A stretch of 64,000 nt of DNA from NCBI RefSeq assembly GCF_004010195.1, contig NC_057719.1:36867067-36931066 (forward strand). Direction: 5' to 3'. A program made the translations under genes and the position numbers. The notes under the pieces are model-generated. The model saw nothing but the letters and a program-made list of their open reading frames with translations, did not search any database and had not been told where the DNA came from. The DNA is from Chiloscyllium plagiosum (lineage: Eukaryota). Shown one piece after another: positions 52,850 through 64,000 of this stretch. How positions within the stretch are numbered: the first letter of the stretch is position 1; each line of letters begins with the position of its first letter.

Positions 52850-54330
52850 TAACACTTAAATCAAGAAGAAGATGCTAAATAAGCCCTCAGTTGTAAATTT
52901 GATACTGCTGCACAGTTACATCATCCCACTCAGCTATACCAGAAGTACTTTCATAAGAATTTGATAGAAAATGTTTGCGCAAAATAACTGCTCTGGAACT
53001 GAGTAGTGTGATGCTGGCAGCATAGGATGGAACTGAGCTTCATCGATTGGAATGATCCAAACCAGAGGAACACACCAAGGTATTAGCTGTACATTCTATG
53101 TTACTGAAACAGACAGCCCTTCTATCCTCTGGTTGAGTTGATCTCAGGAAACCATACGATAAAGCTATCACTGAGTATTGAAAAATGGCCTCCAGTCAGA
53201 AACTAGAAAGATCTGGTTCAAATGGATCCAAAGTGTTTTAAAGAGGTGGATGCTTTGAAGATTTTGTGTATTGATCCAGACAGGAAACCTGTGATTTATC
53301 CTCCATATATTGCACCAATGGAGAATAGTGGAAGGCTTGAAAGGCCCATAGTGTTCAGGGATATGTAGATTAGGTGCATTAGTCAGGGGTAACTATAGGG
53401 TAGGGGAATGGGCCTAGGTGGGTTACTCTTCGGAGGGTCAGTGTGGACTTGTTGGGCCGAAGGGCCTGTTTCTACACTATAGGGATTCTTCTCTTCTCTT
53501 CTCTGAAAGAGAGCTCCAAGAGATGGAAGAAAAGACAGGGATCACCAGAGTCACAAAGCCTACAGGTTGAGTAGATTCTATCATTGTGAGAGAAGCCAGA
53601 CATACAGCTACAAATTAATCTGGATCCCAAAAAATGTAATCAAACAATAAAGGGGTATCAATATCCAGACCAACACTGGAAGAGATCACACAACTTGCAC
53701 TTGCAAGGGCAAACATTTTCAGTAAGTTTGATGCCAAAAACGGCTACTGGATTGAGAAGCTTGGTGACAAATCCTCACAGTAGAAAACACTCTTCACATG
53801 GTACATATCTGTGCGTACCATTTGGTCTTAAGGGCATGTCAGGTTGTGATCCTGCTGAAAGTAGATGAAACAAACAAGTGATACAAAGGAACAGTTGGCT
53901 TGTTTGATGATATCATCATCTATAGTGTTGATGAAAAATATCATGACTGCTGTCTATACAAAGACATGGAAGGAGCCAAACAAAATGGGGAGATTGAACT
54001 AAACACAGACAAATGAGTGGTGATGGTAACAACATGCTTGTGCTTTGGGTTTGGTGTTCAGAACTGATAGAGTCAAGCCAAGTCCTGAAACAGTTACACC
54101 CATCTTTCAGGTAGAAACTCCTAGTAACAAGAAATGGATGTTTCTTTACTTAATCAAGTAAATGAGCTCTTTCATACTTCACATGTCAGAACACAAAGCA
54201 AGTCTACAAGAACTGATGAGGGAAGATACAGAGTGCCAGTGGTTAGATTACATGTGAAGAGTCTCAATAAGCTTGAAAAAGTATGTAAGGAGACAAGTCT
54301 GTCATACAAGTCTGTCATACCAACCAAGGT
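52850..54330 (+). mobile_element. Degraded gypsy pol (protease/RT) remnant, interrupted by a SINE 3' half (53342-53490)
   Basis: ELQEME, KPT..V.S, LDP, PTLEE, FSKFDAKNGYW, PFGL, FDDIIIY motifs; probably the same element as the gag at about 50000. Confidence 0.75.
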
Positions 54331-54494
54331 AAAAATCTGTCCCTCTACAAGTACAAGGGATAGAAACTTCTACGTAAGGATTGGGAAAAATCCTGTGTCG
54401 TTGGGAGTGGAAAAATACCCTGTGGTGGATATCTGACCTATTTCTGGGCAGAAACCTAAAATTAAAGTCAATAACTCCAAAACAATGTTGCTAA

Positions 54495-55761
54495 TTTACA
54501 TAAGTTTACATACTGCATGGAAACAGACACTTTGGTCCAACTTTGTTCCCAAACCAAACCAGGCCCACTTGCCAGCATTTGCCCATATCCCTCCAAACCC
54601 TTTCCTATTCATGTACCTGTCCAAATGTCTTTTAAATGTTGTAACTGTATCTACCTCCACCACTTTCTTTATTCCAGATATAAACCACTCCATGTAAAAA
54701 AAAGTTGTCCCTTATGTCGTTTTTAAATCTTCCTCCTCTCACCTTAAAAATATGCCCCCTAGATTTGAACACTCCCACCCTCAGGAAAATACCATTACTA
54801 TTCACCTTATCTATGGCCCTCATCATTTGATAAACCTCTGCAAGGTCATCCCTCAACCTCTTACACTCCAGTGAAAAAAGTCCCGGCCTATCCAGCCTAT
54901 TTTTATAACTCAAACCCTCCAGTCCTGACAACATCCTGGTAAATCCTTCCTCTCCAATTTAATAATATCCTTCTTATAGCAGGGCAACCAGAGCTAGATA
55001 CAACCTCATCATGACTTTTCAACTACTATACTCGAAGGTGTCAGCAATGAAGGCAAGCATGCTAAATGTCTTCTTAAACACCCTGTCCACGTGTGATGTA
55101 CCTGAATCCATAGGTCTCTCTGCTTTTCCAAACTACCTGAAGCCCTACCATTAATTGCATAAGTCCCACATTTGTTTGTTTCACCAAAATGCAATACATC
55201 ACATTTATCCAAATTAAACTCCATCTGCCACTCCTCAGCCCATTGACCCAATTAATCAAGGTATCTTTGTTATCTTAGATAATCTTCACTGGCCACGATA
55301 CCACAAGTTTTGATGTCATCCACAAACATGCTAACCATGTTTCCAAAATTCTTAGGAGAAAGTGAGGACTGCAGAGCTGAAAAATGTGTTGCTGGAAAAG
55401 CGCAATAGGTCAGGCAGCATCCAAGGAGCAGGAGTTCGTGAAGAAGGGCTTATGCCCGAAACATTGATTCTCCTGCTCCTTGGATGCTGCCTGACCTGCT
55501 GCGCTTTTCCAGCAACACATTTTTCAGCTCCAAAATTCTTATCCAAATTATTTATATAAGTGGCAACAAAAGTGGACCCAGAACATGGCTGGTCACAGGC
55601 CTGCGGTCCAAAAACAATCCTCCACCATCACCCTGTATCTCATACTGTCAAGTCAATTTATATCCAATGGGCAAGGTTTCCCTGAATCCTATGTGATCTA
55701 ATTTTACTAATTAGTCAACCATGCTCAACCTTGTCAAAGGCTTTACTAAAGTCCACGTAGA
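54495..55761 (-). mobile_element. CR1 LINE 3' portion hosting two Penelope insertions (resumes at about 56289)
   Basis: WQMEFNLDKC, LFSLECKRLRDDL, YMDFSKAFDKV motifs on minus. Confidence 0.85.
55355..55528. mobile_element. Palindromic Penelope-derived mini-element (family A)
   Basis: Inverted arms; gtgaagaagggcttatgcccgaaacatt core; perfect 13-bp TSD tccaaaattctta (55342-55354 / 55529-55541). Confidence 0.85.
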
Positions 55762-56278
55762 CACCTGCACCAATCAACCCCACCACCCTGTGGCCCAACA
55801 TTTCAACTCCCCCTCCCACTCTGCCGCGGGCATGCAGGTCCTGGGCCTCCTCCATCGCCATTTCCTCACCACCAGACGCCTGGAGGAAGAACGCCTCATC
55901 TTCCGCCTCGGAACACTTAAACCCCAGGGCATCAATGTGGACTTCACCAGTTTCCTCATTTCCCCTCCCCCCATCTTACCCCAGTTCCAACTTTCCAGCT
56001 CCGCACCGTTCCCATGACCTGTCCTACCTGCCTATCTTCCTTCCCACCTATCTGCACCACCCTCCTCTCTGACGTATCACCCTTATCCCCACCTCCATTC
56101 ACCTATTGCACTCTTATCTACCTTCGCCCCAAGCCCCACTCCCTTCCTATTCATCTCTTCACCCTGGAGGCTCCCAGCCTCATTCCTGATGAAGGGCTCT
56201 TGCCCGAAACATAGATTTTCCTGCTCTTCAGATGTTGCCTGACCGGCTGTGCTTTTCCAGCACCACTCTAATCTTGAC
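55762..56278 (+). mobile_element. 5'-truncated Penelope element: GIY-YIG endonuclease C-terminus, pyrimidine-rich 3'UTR, pseudo-LTR with hammerhead
   Basis: HPVAQHFNSPSHS...RRLEEERLIFRLGTLKPQGINVDF; CUGAUGA-A-GGGC-UCUU-GCCC-GAAAC at 56186-56210; TSD tccacgtaga (55752-55761) / tccatgtaga (56279-56288). Confidence 0.88.
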
Positions 56279-58559
56279 TCCATGTAGATGACACCTGCCA
56301 CTCTGCCTCATCAGTCTTTCTGATTCTATGAATAGTGAAGTCTGGACTTCAAAAGATGGTTATTCAGTTAGAAATGAGGATTTAATGGAGGATGAAGAAA
56401 TGCTGGTCTTGCCAGCAAGGTCCATATCCATGAACAACTAAAAAGTTAAGTTGACATCAATGCAAAGCACGCAACAGGCAATCTGGCCATTTGTTGTATT
56501 TATCTTAACAAGAAACAGTAAAAAAAAGTTGCAATATTTTAATTTTAATCAATATTATAAAACAATCACATGATCTTTTTCAAACCAAATTTTTTAGGTG
56601 ATACATAGAGTCAGAAAATTTAAGATTCTTAAAAGAAACCAGGAAGATTAATACAAGGAAAACCATTAACTTTTTCTGCATTGATAATGCCAACTGTTAC
56701 TTAGCAATTTTTGTTTTGCATTGTGAGACAATTGAATTACATACTTGAGCAGAATAGCATTCAACCAGAGAGCACCTACCAAGCGACATGTGATGTTCCT
56801 TTCTAAACAACAGGTGGATAACCTTGAGATGTAGAGTAGAGGACAAAACTGGGAAAATTCTCAAACAGTTTGCTAGCTGGGTCCTGCGGGTCTGTAATTA
56901 AGTGATGTGTGTTATAATTAAAGCATTGGATGTTGCTACAGTTTACTATCTGTCAAATTATAATTCAGTTCTGCCAATCAAATTTACCAAGTAACAAAAA
57001 AATTGTTCAGACTTATTATCTATCAAAGCAAGATCAAAATGAGATGTCCTGCTTAATGGTGCTGTACTGTATAATCATTCTCCTGCAGAAACTAAGGCAA
57101 AACTAATGTTTGAACAAAAGATGAGGCTACCTGCAACAGGTTTTATAGCCAGTCTTAGAATCAATGTCTGTAAAGCACAACTTTTGTAGCAGTTGCTTGG
57201 AGAAATTTTGTACTAATTATGGGCATGTTTTTCTAGACTGAATGACCATATTAGGCCATTTTGATAACTATTGAACTTCACTTTATTATTTGGTAGCATT
57301 GCTCTTCAATAATACATACACTGAACTGAATTTCACTCTGAGAGTGAGTCATTAAGCTGAATTTTACAGCCATTGGGAATGGGGGGGGTGGGTTAGATGG
57401 CGCAGGGCAGGCATGTTTAAGCTTCAATACCATGACAACCATTTGATTGGCTGGCAGCTTATGGAAATGGCACTGTTGGAATTTGGCTCAAATTTAGTTT
57501 AATGTTGTGTGTATTTATTTGTGAAGAAGTTAAACTGAGATCAGGTCACTTTAATTCTAAGTTTCGGATGAGCTCAAGTTTAAGAATGATGCAAGGAGAA
57601 CATTGAAATATTTGCATGGAGGCAAGAAAGATGAGTTTACAGAATTGGAGGAAGGCAGTCTAAGTAATGGAAACAATATTGCTCAACTCATGGTCAGGGT
57701 TATAAGTGGTCTGTTACAGCAAATGGTTCAGAGGGAGAGGGATGGTTAGGGAACAGAACCCATGACTGGGATCAAAGAAAATGACTTAAGACGACGTATT
57801 GGAAGAATTTTCTGTCTATCCAATACTGAGTAACAAATCCCCAGGCATTGTCAAAATGTGACTCAATCACTTTGAAAGTGCAATAACTGTTTCTACATAG
57901 ACCAAGTTACAAGTAGTATAATATTTAACTTCCCTGAGCTGGATATATTTCCATAACTATATGTACAGAAACAGCTCAGGATATTTTTCTTGCTAAATTA
58001 TTTGTTGCTAACAAAGACAACTTACGCTAAGTACATCATTGGCTTGTCTAGACAGACTGGAATGTGAAGAGGTGAAGTTTTAACCTGCAATGGTGAATGT
58101 CTGTGTGCATGGGAGGTTAAAGGAGCAATAAAATGCTAGTTTGTCAGAAACATGGCAAAACACCTATTGACTGCCACATGTAACTTTTGCACATTTATTG
58201 GGGTACGACAGGCAGCCCTGTGATTAACATATGCTAAAATACAATTAACTGCATCTTTGACCTTAGATTCTGACTGTATCTGCCAGTGCACAGGTTCCCA
58301 GGGCTGTCTGAAACTTGCTTGGGTGAACGAGAGCACAGCAGGAAATGACAGGACTGAACAACTAACAGATTGGAAAGCCTGTCAATGCTAAAGATCTGAC
58401 AGTGAAAAATCATCATTCAAAATGTTCAGGAAGTTTCGATGGTCTTGTTGAGGCCCTGAAGTGCCAATCTAATTTGGTTAGGAGGGGTGGGGATGAGGAG
58501 AACCATGCCAGCAGGAAGCTAGCAGCTTTAACTTTGTAAGAGGACACGTGTCAGGCACC

Positions 58560-58817
58560 CTTCTTTGTGAATCTCCTGGTTTCATTGGAGGCACTCCCCT
58601 CAAGATCATCCCTCTTTATTCCTCCCCTTTGCCTTGGTGGGATGGGGTTTGTGGTAAGTTCCCTGTAAAATACAGCCTATGGCTCCAAGAGTGAGCCAAA
58701 TATTGGGAGACTGAACAATGTGATTCTGGTGCCTGGACAGTCTGAAGGGTGACCTTTGCCAGCATGGGTGTCCCAAATGATCTTGGCAGACTGTGCCTTG
58801 CACAACGTGGTGCAAAA
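58560..58817 (+). mobile_element. PIF/Harbinger (HARBI1-like) transposase C-terminal remnant
   Basis: EPNIGRL / M*FWCLDS / VSQMILADCALHNV, matching the E..IG.LK.RF.CL and II.ACC.LHN motifs of Harbinger DDE nucleases. Confidence 0.6.
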
Positions 58818-59410
58818 TCATAGGATCACACAGTACAGAAGAGGCCCTATGGCCCACTAATTTTGTACTGCCTAAAATATACTACCAGCTACACTGGTCC
58901 TACTTTCCCACACTAGGCCTATAACCTTGAATTCTGTCATCCTTCAAATCCTCATTCTTAGTACTATTTAAAAGTATTGAGGTTTCCCAGGCAGCGCATT
59001 CCAGAGCCCACCACCCTCTGGGTGAAAAAGATTTTCCTCAAATTCCCTCTAAAACTCCTGTCATTCACTTTTAAAACATTGACTCTTTAAAATGATGTAC
59101 CCTTGCTATTGCCCCTTCAATGAAGGGGAAGACTTTCGATCCACCCTGTCCATTCCCCTCATAATCTTATCAGGTTCCCCCCTCAATCTTCACTATTCCA
59201 AAGAAAACAACTTGAGCTTATCCAGCCTCTCTGCATAGCTGAAATGCTCCAACCCAGGCAGCAAACTGGTGAACCACCTTCCCAGCCTCCCCAGTGCTAT
59301 CACATCCTTTGTATAGTGCAGAGACCAGAAGTGCATACAGTACTCCAGCTGTGGCCTAACCAAAGTTCTGTGCAGTGACAATATGACCTTACTGCTCTTA
59401 CACTCTATGT
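58818..59410 (-). mobile_element. CR1-type LINE 3' end inserted in the Harbinger remnant
   Basis: LHRTLVRPQLEYCMHFWS...ERLDKLKLFSLE; IFFTQRVV. Confidence 0.8.
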
Positions 59411-61542
59411 CACAAGGAGGAGGAGATGACCAATCTTGATTTTCATAAATGGAAGAGAAGGATAAGGGGCAGCAACAGGCAGAATTTGATTCATCCAGGA
59501 TCTGTCCAACTAGAAATGATCACGATGGCATCATTGAGGCATGACATGTGGCACATGAATACTGAACCCACTGTGGACCTTACCCCCTCAACCTTAACAT
59601 AGAGCATTCTACGATCAAGAATCTTTCCCTCTTGAGGGTATCCACTGCTCGGCCTAATTTGCTTGAAATGAAGTCTGTGATGCAGAATAATTGATAATAA
59701 AAGTGACAAATTAAAATATTTTTAAACACCCAAGTGATTTCTCTTGTGAAGTTCTCAAGTCTTCCTCTTCTTTTTCCTGTTGGTGCTGTAAGTAGTGCTA
59801 TCTAGTGCCTTAAGCAGAACTAGAATCAGGCTGTTCCTATTCCTGCTCTTCCAAGATGTTTCTGCATGATATTCTCTGGGTTTTGGAGTCAGACAGGACC
59901 TTGTCAAAGACTGCCCTACCTATACTGTGATGGGACAGATGGCCCAGGAGTCAGCAGATGGGGCTTCAACTGATGGAAAAAGTGGGGGGTGGGGGGGGGG
60001 GTTTGCAATGGGGAAAAGGGGAAATCTTTGAGCAGACTCCCCACTTCCATGTGCTCTTTCTCCAGCTTCCCTCTCATGGTGCACTCACACTTCTGTTAGC
60101 ATAGAACTGGAGTGCTCTTTGCTGCACTACAGTGGGTACTGATGACCAAAGCAACTCTTTCTTACATCTTATTTAAACTGTCAGTCTGAGTGTGTAGATC
60201 ACTGATCGGAGTCTGCTGTATTTGATGGTCTGTACACTGTATTATGGTCCATACAGAGTCAGACGATCTATGCAGAGTCTGATAGTCTCTGCAGAGTCAG
60301 GTGGTCTATACAGATGATAGTCCACCTGAAAGTGTGCTGCAGTACTAAGACCTGCTACTCATATTAGAAATGGAGTCCTCCGTCTTTCTCCAATGGTTTG
60401 CAGTGCCTCCGAAGTACTGAACCTCTTTGAATCCCTAAGCTTAGGATCTGTCTCCAATCAAGCAGAGCTTGGAATGTTCACTGCACTTCAGTGGGAGTCC
60501 TCAGTGCTCTGTATTTCACCAGTACTTGCTCTTACTCATTTATGATGCACGGCTCACCACGTGACAACTCAGTACTTGCCTTGGAGGCCCCACCAAGGGG
60601 TGGGTACAGAGCAGTGGAGCATACACATGAGGCATTTAAATGGTGTCCCCGAGTACTTAACTTCAGTCTGCTCCCACCATTTCCTTAGTGAGGCTTGAAA
60701 GTCCTCTGGGAAATTAAATTCATGAAATAGAACTGACAAAAGTGTTCCAAGTCATTGTTGTGCATATGATCACTTTTCAGTTACTAGTGACATCAATGCA
60801 GCATGAGTGATTGTTGTGTAGAACACGGCTGTGTGACATCTAATTCTATTACTAGGGCTTGAGTGGAGGTGGGAGTTAAGATGAATCTCAATGACATGAT
60901 CTTGTCTCTATTCTGGCAATGCCAGCAGATAGATTTTAATGTCGTGGAGAATGGGACGCCCTGTAGCAAAGCCTGATACTGGAAGGAGGAACAGAGGTTG
61001 GCCAGGAATGAAATGGCCAGATTAAAAGGTCCACTACAATTCCAAAAACAACAGTCCAGTTTCTGCACTGGTCTCAGCAGGTTCTTTTAATAAATATACT
61101 TCCAGATTTGTTGTAAATCCCATCCACCCACACACACCCCTTTCATTCCAATCCCTCCTGTTCCTATGCCCTCTCACCTCACCTTTTATTTTACCCCCTT
61201 CACTCTCTGCATGCCTCTGATCCCTCCCTTCACCCCATCTCACCTTCTTTACCCCAACCAACCTATCATCTTTGTATATACTTCGTAAGTGGAATTCACA
61301 AGCCTTATATTAACATTTGGAAGTCATTGAAAAGCTAATAAACCAGTCAAAATAAATAAGTGTCACTTGAACAGGCATTTAAATGATTGTTAGCATCTTT
61401 AGCAAGTCTGTCAAAACCATCAGGCACACCTTTTCTTGCAACATTGGAATAAGTAAACTCTGCACATCAGACCCATGAGTTCTTGTGAAGGCTATAAAAG
61501 TCTACACATCTGTCAAAGCTTGTAAGCAGATAAATAGATAGT

Positions 61543-61686
61543 TGAAACACAAGTAGAAAGTGCTAGAAAAACTCAGTGAGTCTGGCAGCATCTGTGGAGA
61601 GGGAAGCTGGCTTAATGTTTTAAGTTGAGTTTCTTCAGCACTCTGTTTGTGTTTCAGATTTCCAGCATCCACAGTTCTTTGGTTTT
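61543..61686. mobile_element. Family-B Penelope pseudo-LTR palindrome, decayed
   Basis: tgctagaaaaactcag...tctggcagcatctgtggagag arm and inverted gagtttcttcagca...tttcagatttccagcatc arm; approximate TSD ataaa(t/c)agat(a/g)g. Confidence 0.55.
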
Positions 61687-62228
61687 ATAAACAGATGGCT
61701 GAGCTGGTTTAATAAGAATGGATGAAAGCAAAAGGGAAAAACCTGAAACAGTTAGCTATGGATCTCACATAGGGTTAGCCTTTCAACATTGTATAATGCA
61801 GAATAGCGCTGTTTGCAGTAGCTAATCCACTGTGCTGCTTTTGAAGACTTTTCCAACTTTTATAATGCCATTTGTCAGAAGCAATAACCTGCCAACCGTA
61901 TTACTTAATGTTATATTTTCTAATCGCAACACTATCATCACTCCCTTGAGTGAACATAATTATAACTCAGGTGACAGAAATTCATAATGAACTTTAAAGG
62001 AGTAAACACTATTTTGTACTCTTGTTGCCTTCAGACAATGGTTCATGAATCTACTCACAGGTATGATTTAAGAGAGGATTTCAAATCCCAACTGTTTCCA
62101 TGAAAATTCTATTAATTTTTTATTGCCTGTTTCTACAATAATGCTCACAACTTGTGAACTGTGGGGATAGAGTCAGAAACAGAGAAGGGGTTTGCTTTTG
62201 TTGTCTCGGTAGACTTCTTTTAGAAGAA

Positions 62229-62422
62229 GGTTGAAACTTTATTGCTGGAACAGCACAGCAGGTCAGGCAGCATCCAGGGAACAGGAGATTCGACGTTTCG
62301 GGCACAGGCCCTTCTTCAGGAACGTCGAATCTCCTGTTCCCTGGATGCTGCCTGACCTGCTGTGCTGTTCCAGCAATAAAGTTTCAACTTTGATCTCCAG
62401 CATCTGCAGACCTCACTTTCTC
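62229..62422. mobile_element. Palindromic Penelope-derived mini-element (family A)
   Basis: Near-perfect inverted arms (about 62230-62297 / 62321-62388); perfect 12-bp TSD cttttagaagaa (62217-62228 / 62423-62434). Confidence 0.88.
62288..62323 (-). ncRNA. Minimal type-I hammerhead ribozyme motif, intact core
   Basis: GUUC-CUGAAGA-A-GGGC-CUGU-GCCC-GAAA-CG-UC^GAAU. Confidence 0.7.
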
Positions 62423-64000
62423 CTTTTAGAAGAACCCAGCTCTGTTTGGTTCCACAAAATCCCAACCCAGATATCAGGAAGACTCCTCTCACTCCACTTG
62501 CAATGGCATGCATTCTGATCTCCTGCTGATCTCCATGGCCACCACCCTGACTAAAGCAGCCACGAATGCCAACTACCAGAGGGCCAACCTAACTTCTGCT
62601 GTTGTCTGGAGATACGTGCTGTCTTTTCCTACTGGGAACACTATCTGAGGGGGATGGTTGTGAGGGATGGATGTGAGATGACAGCAAGATTGAAGGTGAG
62701 TGTCAATAATGGTTGTTCATGACGGATCTGAGGAGGTGCCTGGAGAGAGAATCTTGTGAAGCTGCAAAATGTGTTGATCTGGTGATGTCAGACTGAGAAG
62801 TTTGCACTTGAACATGGAATGCCATTTGCCTGTCCTCATGAGGTCATTGAACTACTGGGGGCTCTGTATCCCCAAGTGAGGCACAAAACTCCTGCTTCTC
62901 GCCTTTACAGCCATGTTTGCTTTGTTTCAGAGATGGCCTCTTCCTCCTGTTTGCTGAGAATGATATTTTTCTTTGGGGCCGCATTACCTTCAGCATCACA
63001 CGGAGGAATGCTTCAGAGAATTGGGGGTGGGGGGGAGGAAGATGGGGGAGTATTGTCTTCCCTCCTTGAGATTTCTACAATAAATTAATAGTGTCTCAGT
63101 CACCAGTTATGGCACACATCAATCCTGTCTTTCACCAGGATCCCTTTAAATGGTGACTTCCACAGTCAGGTCAAGAGTGTTACATCTGCTTCCTCCAATA
63201 CTCAGGAAAACTAGAATGGGTTCCGAATGTATGAATTAATGAATCACAGAAAAAATGGCTCTACAAAAGTTTAGCTTTCTGACCTCCAACCAGTCTACCC
63301 CACAAAATTTTGAACCATTAAAATTTAGTCCTCTGACCTGGTGAATGGTAGTATACCTCCCTGTCAGTGGGTTTAGTATTCAATGATGCACATGCTTCTC
63401 TATGGAAACTAAGTTCTAGCAAACATTAACATATCCCTGGACTGGGATTGATTCCAAACATTCCTAAGGGTCTATATTTAGTGGAAATGTAACGAGCATT
63501 AATTTGATGTGCGTTGCCAGGCTGAACTGATTATTTTCAACAAAGGGCCTTTAAGAACGAAGGAAAAGCTGAAAGAAAAGCCATGACAGATTAACAACTA
63601 CCTATCCAAAGATAGCTCAAATAATATAATGTTGAGTTTCTGATACAAACACAATGGTCAACAGCAGGAAAATACTGTATCTATTAAATTGTATCTTTAC
63701 ATAATTCTTCCAGGTTTGTACTATCGTTCAGAATAGAGTGATTTCTGTTTGGAGTGTTTGTCATAAATAAGGAAGCAAAACCTAGAGGGGAATACTAACC
63801 TCCAAAAAATGGATTGATTTGGGTTGGCTGAGGTGTTGAAAATCTCAACTTTGAATCCAACCTTCCAACTTGCGGTGTCAATGGAGAAGGAGGTCCCCTG
63901 AATCATAACAGACAACACATTACTGCCCTCCCCCCTCCAAACTCTATCCAATACTCTATCCAATCCCTCCTTCCATCCTTCCTCTCCAGAAGCTGCAGCT

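Noticed and set aside
41651..64000. DEGS2 exon 3 (V.KIA.EYYD.LP...SW)
   Set aside because: Candidate acceptors near 44161, 56597 and 63713 and a HYDNL-like stretch near 41958 do not give the expected peptide; the exon probably lies beyond the window, though I may have missed it.

Overview
Eukaryotic (vertebrate) genomic DNA. HE1/V-SINE-type SINEs and dense CR1 LINEs point to an elasmobranch, probably a shark (inference). The window holds two divergently transcribed genes. YY1 is on the minus strand: exon 1 at 25491-25992, exon 2 at 7313-7478; its zinc-finger exons were not found and should lie left of the window. DEGS2 is on the plus strand: exon 1 at 26627-26708, exon 2 at 40908-41650; exon 3 was not found. 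Their start codons are only 634 bp apart across a CpG-rich region, and YY1 intron 1 carries a cluster of YY1-binding sites. The introns are packed with nested mobile elements: CR1, L2, L1/Tx1, tRNA-SINEs, a Gmr1-type (IN-before-RT) gypsy element, a second gypsy, a probable GalEa-type copia gag and a Harbinger remnant. The most striking hidden signal is about 15 Penelope-like (PLE) insertions from three sequence families. Many carry intact or decayed minimal type-I hammerhead ribozyme motifs (CUGANGA-A-stem II-GAAA-palindromic helix III) whose stems covary. Several are short non-coding palindromes flanked by 10-15 bp target-site duplications. Repeat boundaries were read by eye and are approximate.
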